Notes under the pieces: model-generated | Databases searched by the model: none | Seen by the model: only the letters and a program-made list of their open reading frames with translations | What the model was told of the DNA's origin: nothing | Part shown: positions 60,760-64,000 of the stretch, one piece after another | How positions within the stretch are numbered: position 1 is the first letter of the stretch | Layout: the number at the start of each line of letters is the position of its first letter | Position numbers and translations under genes: made by a program | NCBI GenBank assembly: GCA_043228905.1 | Contig: JBHGNT010000016.1 | Coordinates: 15,686,001-15,750,000 of the forward strand | Source: Azolla caroliniana | Taxonomy: Eukaryota > Plantae > Polypodiophyta | DNA: 64,000 nucleotides | Reading direction: 5' to 3'

Positions 60760-63700
60760 TGTAAAAACTAACATGCGGAAGCAAGTATGAAGACCGAACA
60801 GAAGGAAGAAAACTGAGGTTTAATGGAGAGCTTGAGCTTACGCAGTATACTCGGGAGAGACAGAGAGAGTGAGAGAGGAAAACACAAGAAGTATCTTCAA
60901 AAAATACGCAATCTCTATTCACCACACTCTATACATATGTGTGTTCAATGAACACTTTTATACAAGTCCTAGAAGGACTGACCGAAGTACTAACAGTACT
61001 TCAATGCTCATTAAGAGCTCCTACACTAACTCCCAAATATATTCCTCACGGAATATCTTTCCTAGCGGCCTCCCGGTTTACGCACCGATCCAGCCCTACC
61101 TACGCACCGGTCTGCGTACCGGCTTACACGTTCGGCTTAACCGATCCGGTCCTCGGCTTCTTCAGCCGATCCGTCCGATGTTGAGCTTGTCTCTCAACAC
61201 TCCCCCTCAAGCTCAACTTGAGGCTCTTCGGGATCTTCGGGCTCACAGCTCCGGTTCCTCCTGGCTTCACGCCTCGCTCGCGCTCCACGACCTGTTCGAC
61301 TCCGCGCGCTTCGACCCTTCCGGTCGGCTTGTCTGCTCATGTGGCCCTTATCAACTCTTCTGTTGTTGCGGTGTTGACGCTTCTCCTGCTGCCTTTTCTT
61401 CCGCTTGGGCCTCGGTTGATTCAGCGTATCTGAATCAAATATCCGAACCGACTCGGCTACCTCCGATCGGTTTTCGCTCTCGTCCGAATTGGTTGTCTCC
61501 AACTTGTCTTCGGTCTTCTCGCCCTCGATGGCGTCATCTTCCCCATGCATGGTTGGCTTCGACTCTCTCCTTCGACTGCTCCCCTTTTGTCCGCTTCCGA
61601 ACTTTTCCGCAAGTCCGCCCTCGGCTTCTTCAGCCGATCCGAAGTCGTACTCGACAATTGAGTCAACCGACTCGGTGGTGTCGCGGTCTCTGCTCCTTTC
61701 CTACTGCCTTGCTTGGTCGTTCGGGACTGTTCTCCCCCTCAAGTTTGGCACGTCGAGGTGACGCAATCCAAGCGCACCTGAGAATTGCTGCAACTTGTCC
61801 AGACCAAGAGGCTTGGTGAAGATGTCGGCAGTCTGCCGATCAGTCGGAACGTACTGAAGTTCGACTTCACCGGATAGGACACGCTCACGGACGAAATGGT
61901 AGTGCACCTCAATGTGCTTGGTCCGTGCATGAAAAACGGGGTTTTTCGTGAGCTGGATGCTGCTGAGGTTGTCACAGTAGATCGTCATCGGATCTGACAC
62001 CTCCTCTTGCAGGTCCTTAAGTAGCTGCTTCAACCATATGGCTTCGCATGTCGCGATAGCCGCTCCTCGGTACTCAGCTTCGGTGCTCGACAATGCAACT
62101 GTCGGCTGCTTCTTACTGCTCCACGCGATCGCGGCACTCCCGAGGGAGAACGCGTATCCAGACGTGGCTCGGCGATCAGCAGCGTTGCCAGCCCAATCAG
62201 CATCGGTGTAGCCGACTAACTGCGCGGCTGCCCCGGTCCGATATAGCAGTCCCCGGTCCTTAGTGCCGTTGACATACCGAACTATGCGTTGCGCACACTG
62301 AAGGTGCTCCTCGGTAGGTCGCGCCATGAACTGACTGATCACTCCAACCGGATAACTGAGGTCGGGTCGGGTGATGGTCAAGTATATGAGGCTTCCGACA
62401 ATTTGTCGGAACCTCGTCGGTTCGCATACCTTTCCTGTATCGGGACGAAGCTTGACGGTTCTGTCCAGAGGAGTCGAGACAGACTTACAGTCGGCCATCC
62501 CGAATTTGAAGAGCATACTCAGCACGTAATGACGTTGGCTGATCAATATGCCTTCGGGGGTACGGATCACTTCGATTCCGAGAAAGTAATGAAGGTCCCC
62601 CAGATCCTTCATGTCGAATGATGCCGCAAGCTGGAGCTTCACGCGGTCGATTTCACCTAGGTCGGCGCCGGTGATGACCAAGTCATCAACATATAGTAAA
62701 ATACTAACCGGTCCGAGTCGACCTTTTCGGATGAACAGGGAAGAGTCCGATTTTGACGTGACGAACCCCATCCGACGCAGTTGTTGCGTGATCTTCGCGT
62801 TCCAGGCACGCGGAGCTTGCTTCAGTCCGTAAAGGGACTTCTTCAGTCGGCATACTGCCGAAGAGTTCATTCCAGAGTGAAATCCGGGGGGTTGTACCAT
62901 GTACACCTGTTCCTCAAGGTCACCTTGCAGGAATGCATTCTTTACATCCATCTGATGTAAGTGCCACCCCTTCACCGCAGCTACCGCGAGCAAAACATGG
63001 ACGGTCGTCATTTTCGCGACCGACGCAAATGTCTCATCGTAGTCGATGCCGTGTTTCTGCGCATAGCCCTTTGCCACTAGCCGAGCCTTGTACCGGTTGA
63101 TCGAGCCATCGGTGTTGTACTTGACCTTGTACACCCACCTACATCCGATCGGCTTTACCCTTGTTGGTGCGTCAACCAAGTCCCAGGTCTCGTTCTCCGC
63201 CAATGCGTGCATCTCTTCCTCCATCGCGGCACGCCAATTCGCGGCTTTAGCCGCTTCTGCGTAGCTCTCCGGCTCACGCACTTCCGCTACACGGTTCATG
63301 TACGCATAATGATGCGCCATGTACTCATTGTATCCGAACCGCAAAACAGGGTTCTTCTGGCGGGTAGATCGGCGTAATCTCACTTTAGCCGATGTCGAGG
63401 CCTTCTCGGTCGACGCGGACTTCACCTTTAAAGACTTGTCACCGGTTCCCTCGGAGTCGGACTCGCGTCGGTCTGACTCGTTCCTATCCGTGCCGGAATC
63501 CGACACCTTCTTCTTCCCTTTCTCTTTGCGTGTAAGCCGTCTCCTCGGCTTCCTGCGCGGGGAATGCACGGCCGAGTCTCCAATACTCGCCGACTCTTCA
63601 TCGGACTGATCATACCGACTCAATCGTCCAATCGGTCCACTTAAACAGAGTGAAATCGGACTCTCTTCGCGGGTCTCGATTTCGGGCTCATCCGGAGGCA

Positions 63701-64000
63701 TCTCAGCCTCGCTGACCTCATCGTCAGAACTCGGATTGGAGTCGGGGTTCGAAGTCGGGGGCTGGTACCAGGACATGGACTCGTCAACCACAACGTCGCG
63801 GCTAACACGCGCTTGTTTGGTGCGAGGGTTATAGCACTTATAACCCTTCTGCTCGTCCGAGTAACCGACCAAGATGCATTTCTCGGCCTTTGCGTCCAGC
63901 TTCCTCCTTTTCTCCTTCGGTACATGCACATATGCAATGCTACCGAACACCCTCAAGTGTCGCAAGTTCGGCTTCGTTCCGAAATACAACTCGTGTGCCG
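60760..64000 (-). mobile_element. Ty1/Copia element, 3' part (3' LTR 60760-61199, PPT 61200-61211)
   Basis: CTTGAGGGGGAG PPT then TGTTGAGAG on the minus strand; LTR ends TTTACA. Confidence 0.9.
61701..63989 (-). CDS. Copia pol C-terminal part (integrase tail, RT, RNase H), open
   Basis: RYKARLVAKG, QMDVKNAFLQG, LYGLKQAPRAW, LYVDD, YTDADWAG, SSTEAEY, RTKHIEVHYHFVRE, ADIFTK. Confidence 0.95.
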   Translation of the reverse strand: MYFGTKPNLRHLRVFGSIAYVHVPKEKRRKLDAKAEKCILVGYSDEQKGYKCYNPRTKQARVSRDVVVDESMSWYQPPTSNPDSNPSSDDEVSEAEMPPDEPEIETREESPISLCLSGPIGRLSRYDQSDEESASIGDSAVHSPRRKPRRRLTRKEKGKKKVSDSGTDRNESDRRESDSEGTGDKSLKVKSASTEKASTSAKVRLRRSTRQKNPVLRFGYNEYMAHHYAYMNRVAEVREPESYAEAAKAANWRAAMEEEMHALAENETWDLVDAPTRVKPIGCRWVYKVKYNTDGSINRYKARLVAKGYAQKHGIDYDETFASVAKMTTVHVLLAVAAVKGWHLHQMDVKNAFLQGDLEEQVYMVQPPGFHSGMNSSAVCRLKKSLYGLKQAPRAWNAKITQQLRRMGFVTSKSDSSLFIRKGRLGPVSILLYVDDLVITGADLGEIDRVKLQLAASFDMKDLGDLHYFLGIEVIRTPEGILISQRHYVLSMLFKFGMADCKSVSTPLDRTVKLRPDTGKVCEPTRFRQIVGSLIYLTITRPDLSYPVGVISQFMARPTEEHLQCAQRIVRYVNGTKDRGLLYRTGAAAQLVGYTDADWAGNAADRRATSGYAFSLGSAAIAWSSKKQPTVALSSTEAEYRGAAIATCEAIWLKQLLKDLQEEVSDPMTIYCDNLSSIQLTKNPVFHARTKHIEVHYHFVRERVLSGEVELQYVPTDRQTADIFTKPLGLDKLQQFSGALGLRHLDVPNLRGRTVPNDQARQ

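Noticed and set aside
60869-61819. 316-aa plus-strand ORF
   Set aside because: Antisense to the Copia 3' UTR/LTR, low complexity, no recognisable domain

Overview
Eukaryotic, repeat-dominated plant chromosomal DNA (most consistent with a non-seed land plant; inference). It is mostly nested LTR retrotransposons: several Ty3/Gypsy chromoviruses, a tRNA-Trp-primed Gypsy family, a Gypsy with a long extra ORF, Ty1/Copia pieces and solo LTRs, plus a hAT-like MITE and a LINE remnant. There is one host gene, a G-type lectin (S-domain) receptor-like kinase interrupted by a solo LTR. The standout is an 11.8-kb cut-and-paste DNA transposon (16159-27938; 25-bp TIRs starting GGG, 4-bp TSD ATGC, Sola2-like DDD transposase), with a second, truncated copy at 32743-~37880. 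Besides its spliced transposase it carries, on the opposite strand, an apparently intact five-exon RING-H2 protein gene and an FCP1/NIF-type pseudo-phosphatase ORF. Every large intron of the element is a tandem array. Two are built on the 14-bp palindrome TAGCTAATTAGCTA with short variable spacers, and one on telo-box (AAACCCTAA) units. All family assignments come from motif recognition by eye; no database searches were run.
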